Source: Cetorhinus maximus (Eukaryota). From it: DNA of 64,000 nucleotides. Shown here piece by piece: positions 11,328 to 24,200 of the stretch. The stretch covers positions 25,792,001 through 25,856,000 of the forward strand of contig NC_135901.1 of assembly GCF_964194155.1 (NCBI RefSeq). The letters run 5' to 3'. Positions within the stretch are counted from its first letter, which is position 1; the number at the start of each line of letters is the position of its first letter. A program made the position numbers and the translations under genes. The notes beneath the pieces are model-generated. The model was not told the origin of the DNA. It saw only the letters and a list, made by a program, of their open reading frames with translations, and made no database searches.

Positions 11328-12574
11328 ATATTTTAAAAAATAACACACCATAACATATTGATAAAATTGTTTTTTCTGCTTCTTTCACTGCCTTCAATAA
11401 AATTTTATTTGGACGATTCTTCCAAACCCCGAACATTTCAGTTGATATTAACAAGTTCATTCAAAAATCTTAAAGCAGTGCTTGAATAAAAACCTCAATG
11501 GCTCAGCATTTCTCTGAGCAAATTCTGCAGATCAAAAGACTCCCAGGTTCAACCTATGGACTCAGCTCAACTATAGGATGTTAGCTGGGGTTCAGCGTCT
11601 CCGAGTTCGAATGAGCAGAGTTCGCAACCTTGACCATTATCCACTGTCAACTTCCAGCTCAGGCCTGTCCTGGACAAACTTTATTTTTCTCTCTCTTCCC
11701 AATAACCCCAGACTCCTGTGGACAATGACTGGTGAGAGCTCCCTTTCAGACTGTTGTGCACTTTGGCCTGAAGGCCTCTCTCTCTCTCAGACCAGTATGT
11801 GTGTGTTTAGGGATGGGGAACAATTTTGCTGAACTTTTGTATTCCAAGCTTGTTTTCTTGGTTATAAAACAACGGGAAGTCGGCCTTTCTTCTACTTGTG
11901 CCCTAATCTCTGTATTCTCTAAAGCTGCTTCACTTTGCTGACCAGCAGGGAAAGTTGAACATGGCTGCATCATTGAAAATTAGCATCAACTGCATTGACA
12001 GAAGACATAGATTGTTCAATTTGTCATTTTGTTTCAACAAACTTTACAAAATGTGGCAAACAGATGAACTTTAAAACTTGGCTGAAAATAAGTTTAGAGA
12101 TTATGGCTGCTGCCAAATGTTTGGAGAAATCAGTTCCAGTGATTCAAAGTTCTTATGCACATAATAGTGATTTGTGTTTAGAAAGGGACTTTACTGTCAT
12201 AAAACTTACCAAGCTGCTTCACAGGAACATTCAAAAACAAAGTTGGAAAGGCCAGGGATGGGGAGCACTCAGGGGTGGGGGTAGGGCAGTTGCTGGGGTG
12301 ATTCCCGATCAGGGAAGGGGTCCCGTGTGGGAGGCGCTCACTCCCCGTTTACTGCCTGAGACCCACATCTCCCAAGAAGCTGTCAGGCTTCCCTCCCCTG
12401 TCCCTGATCTTCTCCCACCATCCTTAAAATGGCAGCCACACGGGAAGCGGCCTAAGGGCCTCAACTGGAGTGAGGGCCTGTGGGCCCGTAAATTTTCAGA
12501 CAGGTTGGAGGCAGGTGGGTATGTGGCAGGCAATTTGACAGATCCCCCCTGCTTGAAAATCCACCGATGGAGGT

Positions 12575-12795
12575 CTGTAAAATTCTTCCCCTTTACCCAG
12601 AGAGAGGTGGGAATGTGGAAATCACTACTACAGGGAGTAGTTGAGGTAAATAACATTGATACATTTAAGGGGGAACTGGATGTACACATGAGGGAGAAAA
12701 TAAAAGAAGGTTTTGCTGATGGGGGGAGATGAAGTAGAATTGGAGGAAGCCCATGTGGATCATAAATACTGACACAGACCAACTGAGCTCCTGTC
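12575..12795 (+). mobile_element. CR1 LINE 3' end fragment
   Basis: 'FTQREVGMWKSLLQGVVEVNNIDTFKGELDVHM' ORF2 C-terminus. Confidence 0.75.
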
Positions 12796-12863
12796 AGAAC
12801 GAACATGGTCCAGTCCTGGCTGTAATTAACAGCAGCGAGAACGTTAGAATCAAATCTCTGCAG

Positions 12864-13725
12864 TCACATATGAACATGCTGGTGTCTCAGCAAGGTGGAT
12901 GACCAAGTGAATCCCTTCCCACACCCGGAGTAGGTGAACGGCTTCTCCCTAGTGTGACTGCTTTGATGTGCCAACAGGTGGGATGACTGAATGAATCTCT
13001 TCCCACACTCAGAGCAGGTGAGTGGCCTCTCCCCGATGTGAACTCGCTGGTGTGTCAGCAGGTAATTTCTTCCTTTAAAGCTCTTCTCACAGTCAGAACA
13101 TTTAAAAGGTCTCTTATCAGTGTGAAGACGCTGGTGCATCAGCAGGTTGTACGATTGAGTGAATCCCTTTCCACAGTCACAGCAGGTGAACGGCCTCTCC
13201 CCGGTGTGAATGCGCTGGTGTGACAGGAGGCTGGATGACTCTGAATCTCTTCCCACACACACAGCAGATAAATGGTCTCTCTCCAGTGTGACTGCGTCGA
13301 TGGTTTTCCAGCTGGGATGGGAAATTGAATCCCTTCCCACAGTCTCCACATTTCCACGGTTTCTCCATGGTGCGGTCGTCCATGTGTCTCACCAGGCTCA
13401 ACAATTAGTTGAAACCTCATCCACATATGGAGCACATATATGGTTTATCCCCACTGTGAACGGTGTGATTTTTTTTCAGGCTGTGCAGCTGGTTAAAGCT
13501 CTTTCCACAGTCAGTGCACTGGGACATTCTCACTCAGTTTATATCTCTGTGCTTTTCCATTCACACTGATGCTTAAAATATTTTGAAGCAGACAGAACAA
13601 ACATTTCTCCTTCTAGATTCACAAGCCGCTGATATTCAGGTCTCGATGAATCGAGCAACTCTGTCAGATAACGGCATGACATTTGGTTTGAGATTTCTGG
13701 CTGCAAATCCTCCCCTTCTAGTATC
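12864..13725 (-). pseudogene. C2H2 zinc-finger pseudogene (copy C), frameshifted
   Basis: [14 protein letters not shown] start at 13368, frameshift near 13242, several further fingers to 12864. Family leader 'LEGEDLQ...EYQRLVNLEGEMFV' lies upstream. Confidence 0.85.
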
Positions 13726-14107
13726 TTGTAAAAGGAGTTTACAAAATTCATCATGATCAGTACTGGATAGAAATTCAGATCAGACAATTCTAGTTTCTAT
13801 GCAATATTCTTTCCTCTCTCATTCCCCCAAAACCTGTAATTATCCATCCCACACACTCTCCCTCTATTCTCAATCTGCTGTATCTGATATACACACCTCG
13901 AATTCTCCTGATGGTGCCAATTCATGCAGATCAGGACACAGGACACAGAGACCTGAAAATCTTCATGCAGGTTGCTAGCACATGGGGGCTGGGGATTGGC
14001 TTCTTCTTGAGGGTGCAGAGGAGATTTACCAGAATGGTTCCAGGGATTGAGGGGTGATTTGATGGTGGTGTGTACAAGATTACGAGAGGTTTAGATAAGG
14101 TGAACAA

Positions 14108-14452
14108 AGGGGAGGTGGTGGCCTAGTGGTATTGAAACTGGACTTGTATTCCAGAGACCCAGGGTAATGCTCTGGGGACCAGAGCAGATGGTGAAATTTG
14201 AATTCAATAAAAATCTGGAATTAAAGGTCTGATGATGAATACGAAACCATTTGCTGATTGTCAGAAAAACCCATCTGGTTCACCAATGTCCTTTAGGGAA
14301 GGAAATCTGCTGGACTGGCCTACATGTGACTGACTCCAGACCCCAGCAATGTGGTTGACTCTTAAATGCCCTCTGCACAAAGGCAATTAGGAATGGGTAA
14401 TAAATGCTGGCCGAGCCAGCGATGCCCACATCCCATAAACGAATGAAAAAAA
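14108..14452 (+). mobile_element. tRNA-derived SINE sharing its 3' tail with the type-B LINE, nested in a CR1 fragment
   Basis: A-box GGTGGCCTAGTGG head; tail GGCAATTAGGAATGGGTAATAAATGCTGGCC...GAATGAAAAAAA resembles the LINE tail at 2935-3000. CR1 sequence continues on both sides. Confidence 0.8.
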
Positions 14453-14555
14453 TGAAAATCTTTTCCCATTGTACAATTCCCATGGTGCAAGGAGCAGGGG
14501 GACAGATTTCAGGTTTTGGGAAGAGATGCAGCGGGTACGTGAGGGAAAACTTGTT

Positions 14556-14830
14556 TTAAGGGCCGCCTGATGTCCAGGCCCTCCCCCCCGCCCTATTCAC
14601 CCACGGTTTCCAGTATTCCACCCCTCTCGGTTTCCAGGCCCCCACCTTGTGTTCAGCCGCAGTCTGAGCACGGGCTGCTCCAGCACCTGCGCATTGGGCT
14701 CCTATGGGTATTGATAGGGAACTTTCTGCAGCGCGATGTATTCTGGGTAATTCACCCGCCATTAACAGAGTGAATTTCAGACGGAGCATTTATGTCCCGG
14801 CATCCCATTCGAGATCGGGGGTGGTGGGTG
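14556..14830 (-). promoter_or_regulatory. CpG-rich promoter/first exon of ZNF copy C
   Basis: CpG-dense segment upstream of copy C with a GC box and a TGCGCA motif; donor-like AAG|GTGGGG on the minus strand near 14645. Confidence 0.5.
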
Positions 14831-14920
14831 TCGGGGGCGGGGTAGAGACTCAACTCACAATATCAGAAACTCAATGTGTAAATTTTACAGCCGATACCCA
14901 GTGAACAAAGAACCCAGAAG

Positions 14921-15785
14921 CCCCTTCACTTCCTCTCTCCTCGCTGTCCAAGGGCCCAAACACTCCTTTCAAGTGAAGCAGCATTTCACTTGCATTTCCC
15001 CTAACTTAGTCTACTGCATTCGTTGCTCCCAATGCGGTCTCCTTTACATTGGAGAGACCAACGTAAACTGGGCGACCGCTTTGCAGAACACCTGCGGTCT
15101 GTCCGCAAGAAAGATCCAAACCTCCCTGTCGCTTGCCATTTTAACACTCCACCCTGCTCTCTTGCCCACATGTCTGTCCTTGGCTTGCTGCATTGTTCCA
15201 GTGAAGCCCAACGCAAACTGGAGGAACAGCACCTCATCTTCCGACTAGGCACTTTACAGCCTTCCGGACTGAATTTTGAATTCAACAACTTTAGATCTTG
15301 AACTCCCTCCCCCATCCCCACCCCCTTTCCATTTCTTCCCCCTCCCTTTTGTTTTTTCCAATAATTTATATAGATTTTTCTTTTCCCACCTATTTCCATT
15401 ATTTTTAAATCTATACCTGTAATGCCCTGTCAGTCTTTCCACCCCACCCCCACTAGAGCTGTACCTTGAGTGTCCTGCCATCCATTCTTAATTAGCACAT
15501 TCTCTTAGATAATATCACCACCTTTAACACGTCTTTGTTCCTTTGTCTGTGACATCTTTTGATTATCTGCTCCTATCACTGCTTGCTCGTCCTTACTACC
15601 ACCTCACCCTCCACCAACTTCTCTCCCCGCACCCGACCCCCCACCTTAAACTAGCTTATATTTCACCCCTCTCCTAACTTTACTCAGTTCTGCTGAAGGG
15701 TCATGAGGACTCGAAACGTCAACTCTTTTCTTCTCCGCCGATGCTGCCAGACCTGCTGAGTTTTTCCAGGTAATTCTGTTTTTGT
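14921..15785 (+). mobile_element. Penelope-like element (Neptune-type), 5'-truncated: GIY-YIG endonuclease C-terminus, 3'UTR and hammerhead
   Basis: 'FTCISPNLVYCIRCSQCGLLYIGET/KLGDRFAEHLR...PVACHFN...EQHLIFRLGTLQPSGLN' (one frameshift). 14-bp TSD AAAGAACCCAGAAG at 14907-14920 and 15786-15799. Confidence 0.92.
15686..15724 (+). ncRNA. Minimal type-I hammerhead ribozyme motif (A6C core variant, GUC cleavage triplet)
   Basis: AGTT-CTGCTGA-A-GGGTC(ATGAG)GACTC-GAAAC-GTC-AACT: stem I AGTT/AACT, stem II, GAAA and GUC. Confidence 0.75.
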
Positions 15786-15899
15786 AAAGAACCCAGAAGG
15801 TTGCTGGGATCACGCATGTGCAGTGAACCTGGGAAACAGCATGAGAGAAGAGGCCGTTGGGAGTCTGAAAACAGCACGAGGAAACAAATATAACATCAC

Positions 15900-17620
15900 A
15901 GCAAAGGAGCAATTTGATTGGCTGGAGAAGAAGTGCTGGAAAGTGGGGGCTGTACCGTTGGGATGGTCTATACACGAACTGCGCTGGGACCAGTTGTGCA
16001 AGTTGTGGAAGTAGAGGGGGCTTTAAACTAAACGGCGCGTGGGCGGTGGTGGGGCCTGGTTGGGGGGGGGGGGAATCAATCGTGGGTAGATGTAGTATAT
16101 CAACAGATAGAGTCAAGTCAGGACAGCAAAATAGTAATATGGGAAATGAGGGTTAGAGAATGGCAGGAAGGGACAGAGAGAAAAAAGCCTAAGACAACAG
16201 TCAAGACTAGATGTTACATAGATAACAAAAAGACAAAACTAAGGGCTCCGTATCTGAATGCACATAGCATTCATAACAAAATAAATGAATTGATAGCTCA
16301 CATTGAAGTAAATAAATATGATAGCCATTATGGAGACATGGCTGCAGAATGCCAAGGATTGGGTCCTGAATGTTCAGGGGTATATGATATTCAAGAAGAA
16401 CAGGAAGCTAGCTAAAGGTGGAGGGGTAGCACTGTTAATCAAGGATGGCATTGGTGCAATATTTAGAGATTACCTTGGTTCAGGAGATCCGGAGGTAGAA
16501 TCGGCTTGCGTGCAGATGAGGAGTAGTAGGGGAAAGATATCACTAGTCAGAGTGGTCTACAGGCCCCCTAACAGCAACCACAATGTAGGACAAAGTATAC
16601 AAGAAGCAATATTGGTGCTTGTGATAAAGGGATGGCAATAATCATGGGTGATTTTAATCTACATATAAACTGGAAAAATCAGATTGGCAGTAGTACCCTG
16701 GATGAGGAGTTCATAGAATGTTTTCAAGAGTTTCTTAGAGCAGCACATTCTGGAACCAACCAGAGAGCAGGTTATATTAGACTTGGTGTTGTGTAGTGGG
16801 ACAGGATTAATTAATGACCTAGGTAGCAGTGACCACAATTTGATCGAGTTTTACATCCAGTTATTAAGGGAGAACAGCAGGTTTAAGACCAGTATTTTAA
16901 ACTTAAATAAGGGCAACTATGTGGGCATGAAAGCTGAGCTAATCGAAGCCAGCTGGGATACGAGCCGAGAGGGATAGATCAGTAGAGAAGCAGTGGCAGA
17001 CATATAAGGGGATATTTCTGGCTACTCAGAGTAAGTATATTTCTACTATAAATAAGTATATTCCTAGTATAATGAAAAATTCTCAGGAGAGGGCCACCAT
17101 CCTTGGTTAACTAAAGGAGTAAAGGAAAGCATCAAACTTAAGGAAAACGCATATAACTGAAAAAAGACAAGTGGCAGGTCAGATGATTGGTCAGAATATA
17201 AAGAATGGCAGAGAATGATTAAAAGGTGAATCAGGTGAAAGAAATTTGTGTATGAGAGGAAGCTAGCTAGAAATGTAATAACGGTAGCAAGAATTTCTAC
17301 AGGCATTTAAAAAGAAAAATAGTAAGTAAACTGAGTTTTGATTTTCTAGAGAGTGACAGTGGGGAGTTAACAGTAGATAATAAGGAAATTGTGGATGAAA
17401 TGAACAAATATTTTGTCTTCGCTATAGAGGATACAAAAAACTCTCCAGTAATAGCTGTAAATCAGGAGGTGGAGGGGAGAGGGGAACTTAGTGAAACTAC
17501 AATCACTAGGAAAGGGACATTGAACAAACTGATGGAACTGCAGGGCTGACAAGTCTCTGGCTGCTGATGGACTTCATCCTATGGTCTTAGAAGAGGTGGC
17601 TAATGAGGCAGTCATGAGGC
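15900..17620 (+). mobile_element. CR1 LINE: ORF1 esterase C-terminus and ORF2 APE-endonuclease region (decayed)
   Basis: 'WGLYRWDGL' (SGNH DGLH-like motif), then 'YLNAHSI', 'IAIMETWL', 'GGGVALLIK', 'VVYRPPNS' and 'LGSSDHNLI'. Confidence 0.85.
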
Positions 17621-17629
17621 AGGTGGCTG

Positions 17630-17900
17630 ATTTTCCATTCAAGTCCTGATGAATCGAGTGTTCTGTCAGTTCATGCTGTGATGTTTGGTTTGAGCCTCTT
17701 GTCTGTAAATCCACCTATTCTAATACTCTGGAAAATGAGGTTACAAAACTCATTGCTGTAAATACAGGACAGAAATTCTGAACAGACAATTCTAGTTTCT
17801 ATGCAATATGTTTTCCTCTTTTGTTCCTGCAAAGTAGTAAATTCTCTTCCCACACACTCGCCCTCCTCCCCAGGCTGGAATCCAAATCCCAGAGTGACCA
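17630..17900 (-). pseudogene. Relic of a ZNF gene (intron end and leader exon only; no fingers retained)
   Basis: Family acceptor block GAAACTAGAATTGTCTGTTCAGAATTTCTGTCC... and leader exon on the minus strand, abutting the CR1. Confidence 0.65.
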
Positions 17901-18319
17901 ACCATACAGTATTTTACAGAATTTTCCAGTATTTGAGAGTTAACTGTCCTGGGCTTCCTGGTGCTGGAACACTGTTTGTCCTGTAAATTGGACCTTTCTG
18001 GTTGTGCAGAACCCTGTCCCCTACTGTTTCTGTGTTCCAACAGCTCTGGCAGCCAATCACCCCCCCCCCAAACCTCCACCACCTCCCCCCCACACCTCCA
18101 CAGCTCTGGCAGCACCCAACCCAACACCCCCTCACCCGCTCATATGGACTCCAAAGGCAGACTGTCCGTTAATTTTCTCCATGAGAGTTCATCACCCTGC
18201 CAAACACATCACACCATCTCCACCATTCCTTTCCTCAACTCCCAGTTTTCTCCTTGCCTCCACATTGACAGCTTTCTAATGAGGGTGAAAGCGTCTTTAG
18301 CAGATCTGGATATCACAAC

Positions 18320-19730
18320 AAAAGACAGGATTGTAACGGCACTAATAGGTGAATTAATCCCAGGAATGACCAGGGAACAATTAACAGGTGTTTCAGTTCT
18401 GACTCGAAATGTTATTATGTGATGAACTGCCCAAAGTGGAAAACCAGGGTCTTCAAAGTGACACATGACACTGAGAATTCTGAGGCTGAAAATGATGATA
18501 ATGATCGCTCTGGAGGAATTGTGCTCATCACAAGGAGCTTTGGTCCAGTGATGAGTATGTTAGTCACAGACTCATTCAACTGTGCTGTGTTAGATAGTGG
18601 TTGCACCTCGACAGTATGTGGATCAGATTGGTGAAGATGTTACCCGGATTCACCTCATAGTGAGGATTGATGCAAGATTAAGGAGTATGAAAGTTCTCAT
18701 AGTTTCAGTTTAGTGATTTCAACACATTATTACTAAAGAGTGGTGATTCCATACAAAATAGCTGGAGTCAGCCACTTTATCAGGACTGGTGTAATCTCTG
18801 GTGAGATATCCTTACTGTTGAGTAAACCTTCCATGAAAAAGGCACAAATGCAACCGCACATGGAGAAAGACAAGGCAATTATTTTTGGAAAGTCAGTGAA
18901 TCTGCAGTCTACTCAATCAGGACATTATCATATCCCCTTAACAATACCTGATGTTTCTAATCAGAGTGTTTGAGAAGGATTAATGGCATCAGGTGATAAG
19001 AACCAGAGAAAAGAAAGCAAATTGTCTCAAAGCTATACAGACAATTTGCTCACACTTCTTGTCAAAGGTTAAAAATCCTGCTAAAAGATGCAGGGGTGGT
19101 TGATGAAGACTATACGAGGCTCATGGAAGAGGTCAGTGCAAATTGTGAAATGTGTAAAAAGTATAGGAAAATGCCATCACATCCTATCCTTGATACGTGA
19201 CTTTCACAAGGCAGTTTCCAATGGATCTAAAGGTATGGGACAAAAACAGAAATATTTTCATTCTACACCTTATAGACATGGTTACTTGATTTAGTCTTTC
19301 TCGAATACATGGCAAGGACAAAAGGGTGATTACAGACCAAATCATGGAAAATGGATAGGGACTGGACCTGGGGCACCAATTAAGTTTCTGACTGATAACG
19401 GAGAGGAACTTGCTAATGAGTTTAGAGACGTACGTGAAAACACGAACATTATGTTCATGAACACCGCAGTTGAAAGTCCTTTCAGCAATGGACTCTGTGG
19501 AAGGAGTCACACGGTGATCAATGAAATGCTGCACAAAATCTTAGCTAATCAGCCAAACTGCAAGTTGACAACTGCACAGGCATGGACGACTCATATAAAG
19601 AATTCACTTCAGATGGTTGGAGGGTATAGTCCCTATCAATTGGTCTATGGGAGAAATCCCAAATTACCCTCTGTGCTGGGCGATAGCCCTCCTGCTTTGG
19701 AACAGTCTACAATTAGTTCCATTGTTAGTC
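18320..19730 (+). mobile_element. Ty1/copia GalEa-clade element: gag zinc knuckle, protease and integrase (decayed)
   Basis: 'NPRNDQGTINRC...CPK' knuckle, protease 'AVLDSGCTSTVCG', integrase HHCC remnant 'RQFAH...CEMC', 'MDLK', 'FLTDNGEE', 'ESPFSNGLC' and 'GYSPYQLVYGRNPKLP'. The PR-IN order indicates copia. Confidence 0.85.
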
Positions 19731-19887
19731 ATCAATTATCAGTTTGTTTCATGAAAAGAAGTGCTCGAAATAAGAAATTATTGGGGATCCTGGAAGAGGG
19801 GTGTCTTATGATGTAATGCTTTGTACAAAATAAGGAAAACCATATTTTTTTCTTTTTCAATTTGTTTTGAAATATTGTTTGTGAGTA

Positions 19888-20745
19888 TTGTTATGATCCC
19901 AGTTGAGACCTTTAATGTTTGAAGAGAAATTCGAACATCCAGTGATTGACTGGAAGAATTACACCACAAGATTCCATGTTTTTAAATAAAAACAAACTTT
20001 ACTGTATATATAAAACAAAAGAAAATTAAAAGCCAGTACTATGAATTTAACGCTATAGTTTATAAAGACTTATGCTGTAAACACAGTTCTACTTTTTAAC
20101 TCCCCCCTCGACTCCCAAATAGTTCTCTTATGCTTAACGATATCTTGAAGGTTCATTCACTTTTGTTCTTGGGACCATCCCAAAGGAATGTCAAAGCTCT
20201 CCAGAATTCACTTTAATTCTCCTTAGTGTTCCAGCTATTCTCCAACCTCCAAGGTTTAATGGGGTCCTTCCATTGGCTTTTGGCTCAGCAACCTTCCAAC
20301 TTTATTTAAGACTCAAAACTGTGGACTCCTCAGTCCAAGCGTGGGCTTCACTGCCTTCTTGCTGAGAGATTTAAACATTAGGAACACCCCTAGTTCCTAA
20401 TGGCCCTCAAGGCCTCTAGTCCCACAGCTAGTTCACAGCTCCTGGGCCCACACTTCCTGCGAAGTGACCAAACTGCCTGAAAACTGCCTTCTGTGAACAA
20501 TAAAAAGTCACGATGGGTCACTCATTGTTCAAGTTTTCTCACAATCAACACTGACCTTATTGAATCGACAAATGTTACCTTTTGACTGTAATTAACGCAG
20601 GCTTGTTTCACGTGAATTTACTCAGAGTTGTGGTTACCAATTTCTCAACCAAGTGTCTCCATCTATCTACATTTAAAAGAATTCCAATCCCCAAACTGAA
20701 AGTTACTTTCCAAAACATATGAATTATGAAACTAGGTATTCGCAC
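19888..20745 (-). mobile_element. Probable solo LTR
   Basis: Starts TGTTATGATCCC, the reverse complement of an LTR end like 11315-11327. A related fragment lies at 25216-25340. Confidence 0.45.
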
Positions 20746-20909
20746 AACCATGAGCATAATGGGCTGAATGTCCTCCTTCTGTGCTCTATGAGCCTCACAT
20801 GCATTTGTTGGGAGGGATCATCTTTGATTGTAGGTGACATATTAAAGAAAGCAGTGTCTCCTCTTCTCTGTATGTTCAGTTCAACACTTAAATCTCCCCT
20901 TAATATTCT

Positions 20910-21312
20910 TTACAGTGGCAGATGGAATTTAATACAGAGAAGCGTGAGGTGATGCATTTTGGCAGAAGGATTAGGGAGAGGCAATATTGACTTAATGGCA
21001 CAGTTCTAAAGAGTGAGCAAGGACAGAGGGACCTGGGGGTTCATGTGCAGAGATCATTGAAGGTGGCAGGACAGAGTGAGAGAGGAATTAGCAAAGTAAA
21101 TGGGATTTTGGGCTTCAGGAATGGATGTATTGAGAACAAAAGCAGGGAAGTTATGCTGAACCTTTATAAAGTTCTGGTTAGGCCACAACTAGAGTATTGA
21201 GTCCAGTGCTGGTCACCACACTTTAGGAAGGATGTGAGGATCCCTGAGGGGGCATAGAGGAGATTTACCAGAGTGATTCCAGGGATGAGGAATTTTAACA
21301 ACAAGGTTAGGT
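20910..21312 (+). mobile_element. CR1 LINE RT C-terminal fragment
   Basis: 'WQMEFNTEK-EVMHFG...LYKVLVRPQLEY...FTRVIPGMR'. Confidence 0.85.
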
Positions 21313-21313
21313 T

Positions 21314-23166
21314 CACAGAACCACAGAACCAGAGTGCAGAAGAGGCCCTTCAGCCCATCGAGTCTGCAACGTCACGTGAGAAACACCTGACCTACCTACC
21401 TAATCCCATTTACAAGCACTTGGCCCATAGCCTTGAATGTTATGACGTGCCAAGTGCTCATCCAAGTACTTTTTAAAGGATGTGAGGCAACCCGCATCCA
21501 CCACCCTCCCAGGCAGCGCACTCCAGACCATCACCACCCTCTGGGTAAAAAAGTTTTTCCTCACACCCCCCCTAAACCTCCTACCCCTCACCTTGAACTT
21601 GTGTCCCCTCGTGACTGACCCTTCAACTTAGTGGAACAGCTGCTCCCTATCCACCCTGTCCATGCCTCTCATAATCTTGTACACCTCGATCAGGTCGCCC
21701 CTCAGTCTTCTCTGCTCCAACGAAAACAAGCCAAGTCTATCCAACCTCTCGTTATAACTTAACTGTTTCATCCCAGGCAACATCCTGGTGAATCTCCTCT
21801 GCACCCCCTCCAGTGCAATCACATCCTTCTTATAATGTGGTGACAAGAACTACACACAGTGCTCCAGCTGTGGCTTCACTAAGGATGATACAACTCCAAC
21901 ATGATCTCCCTACTTTTGTCATCTATGCCTTGATTGATAAAGGCAAGTGTCCCATATGCCTTTTTCACCACCCCAGTAACATGCCCCTCCACCTTCAGAG
22001 ATCTATGGACACACAGGCCAAGGTACCTTTGTTCCACAGAACTTCCTAGAGTCATGCCGTTAATTGAATACTTCCTTGTCAAATTACTCCTTCCAAAGTG
22101 TATCACCTCACACTTTTCAGGGTTAAATTCCATCTGCCACTTATCTGTCCATTTGACCATCCCGTCTATGTCTTCCTGTAGCCCAAGACAGTCAACCTCA
22201 CTGTTAACCACCCGGCCAATCTTTGTGTCATCCGCAAACTTACTAATCCTACCCCCCACATAGTCATCTATGTTGTTTACATGAATGATGAATAATAGGG
22301 GACCCAGCACAGATCCCTGTGGTGTGCCCCTGGACACTGGCTTCCAGTCACTAAAGCATCCTTCTGTCATCAAACTCTGTCTCCTACAACTAAGCCAATT
22401 TTGAATCCACCTTATCAAATTACCCTGTATCCCATGTGCATTTGCCTTCTTTATGAGTCGCCCATGTAGGCCCTTGTCAAAGGCTTTGCTGAAATCCATA
22501 TAAACTACATCAACTGCACTACCCTCATCTGCACACCTGGTCACCTCCTCAAAAAATTCAGTCAAGTTTGTTAGGCATGACCTCCCTCTGACAAAGCCAT
22601 GCTGACTATCCCTGATCAAACCATGCCTCTCCAAGTGGATATAGATTCTCTCCTTCAGAATATTCTCCAATAGTTTCCCTACCACTGACGTGAGACTCAC
22701 TGGTCTGTAGTTCCCTGGCTTATCTCTACAACCCTTCTTAAATAGCAGATCCACATTAGCTGTTCTCCAGTCCTCTGGCACCTCCCCCATGGCCAGAGAG
22801 GAATTAAAAATTTGGGTCAGAGCCCCTGCGAACTCCTCCTTTGCCTCCCACAGCCGTCTGGGGCACAGATAAACCGGACCTGGAGATTTGTCCACTTTTA
22901 AGCCTGCCAACACCTCCAATACCTTGTCACTCCCTATATCAATTTGCTCAAGAACCTCGCAGTCCCTCTCCCCGAATTCCATACCTTCATCCTCATTCTC
23001 TTGGGTGAAGACGGATGTGAAGTATTCGTTCAATATTCTATCGATGTCCTCTGGCTCCATCCATAGATTGTTCCCTTGGTCCCGAATGGGCCCTACTCTT
23101 TCCCTGGTTATCCTCTTCCCATTGATATACTTGTAGAATATCTTGGGATTTTCCCTACTTTTACCA
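21314..23166 (-). mobile_element. CR1 LINE, 5'-truncated, relatively young (430-aa RT ORF)
   Basis: ORF 21879-23171 contains 'PGNYRPVSLTS', 'QHGF', 'DFSKAFD', 'GTPQGSVLGP' and 'FADD'. 3' tail with GTTCTGTG repeats at 21314-21330. Confidence 0.95.
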
Positions 23167-23441
23167 GTCAATGGAACAGAGACAAATTTATTTATTTTAG
23201 ATCTACCTGTAGTGGTGGGCGAAACACTATTTACTACCCAGGATGAAATAAATGTCCTTCATCAGCTTTTGTGGATCATTGCAGTGGAAATGTGCACTCC
23301 CAGCCTCAAAGACCATCAGCAAAGTTGAATGACCGGCCAGTCCAGCAGAAAGAAACCCTCCAACCCTCCCACTTCATCAACTGTCAGAATGAACATGGTT
23401 CAGTCCTGGGTGTGATTAACAGCAGGATCCAACCCCTGTAA

Positions 23442-24200
23442 TCACTTGTGAACTCGCTGGTGTGTCAGCAGGTGGGTTGACTGAGTGAATCCCTTCCCAC
23501 ACACAGAGCAGGTGAATGGCCTCTCCCCAGTATGAACTCGCTTGTGTGTTACTAAGGTGGATGACTGAGTGAATCCCTTCCCATACACAGAGCAGATGAA
23601 TGGCTTGTCCCCAGTGTGGATTCGCTGGTGTCTGCTCACACTGGATGACGTTCTAAACCGCTTTGTGCAGCGAGAGCAGTTGAACGGTCTCTCCTCAGTG
23701 TGAATGCGCTGGTGGGCCATTAGTTCCTCAGAGTTCTTAAAGCCACCCCCACAGTCAGAGCATTTGAAAGGTCTCTCATTGGTGTGACTGCCATGGTGTC
23801 TCAGCAGGCTGGATGACTGACTGAATCCCTTCCCACAGATGGAGCAGGTGAACGGCTTCTCCCTGGTGTGAAATCGCCGGTGCTTCTGCAGGCTGGATGA
23901 ATGACGGAAGCCCTTACCACACACAGAGCACGTGAACGGCTTCTCTCCAGTGTGAACACGATTATGTGTCTGCAGGCTGGATAACTGAGTAAAGTCCATC
24001 CCACACACAGAGCAGGTGAATGGACACTCCCCAGTGTGAACTCACTGGTGTTGCAGCAGGCCAGATAATTGAGTGTAACCCTTCCCACACTCAAGGTAGG
24101 TGAATGGCCGGTCCCCAGTTTGAACACGATGGTGCGTCTCCAGCGCAGATGGGGAATGGAATCCCTTCCCACAGTCCCCACATTTCCACGGTTTCTCCAT
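23442..24200 (-). pseudogene. C2H2 zinc-finger gene with premature stop (copy D), paralog of copy B
   Basis: [10 protein letters not shown] start at 24200, in-frame TGA at 24042-24044, then about 7 fingers to 23442. Acceptor at 24570, donor at 25391; intron content mirrors 7100-7800. Confidence 0.85.

Noticed and set aside
11330-12240. Possible continuation of the copia element (RT/RNase H) or an LF-SINE-like piece
   Set aside because: No convincing motifs could be read on either strand.
11995-12732. 245-aa ORF
   Set aside because: Chimeric read-through of AT-rich DNA, a GC-rich MITE-like piece and a CR1 3' end; no coherent domain.
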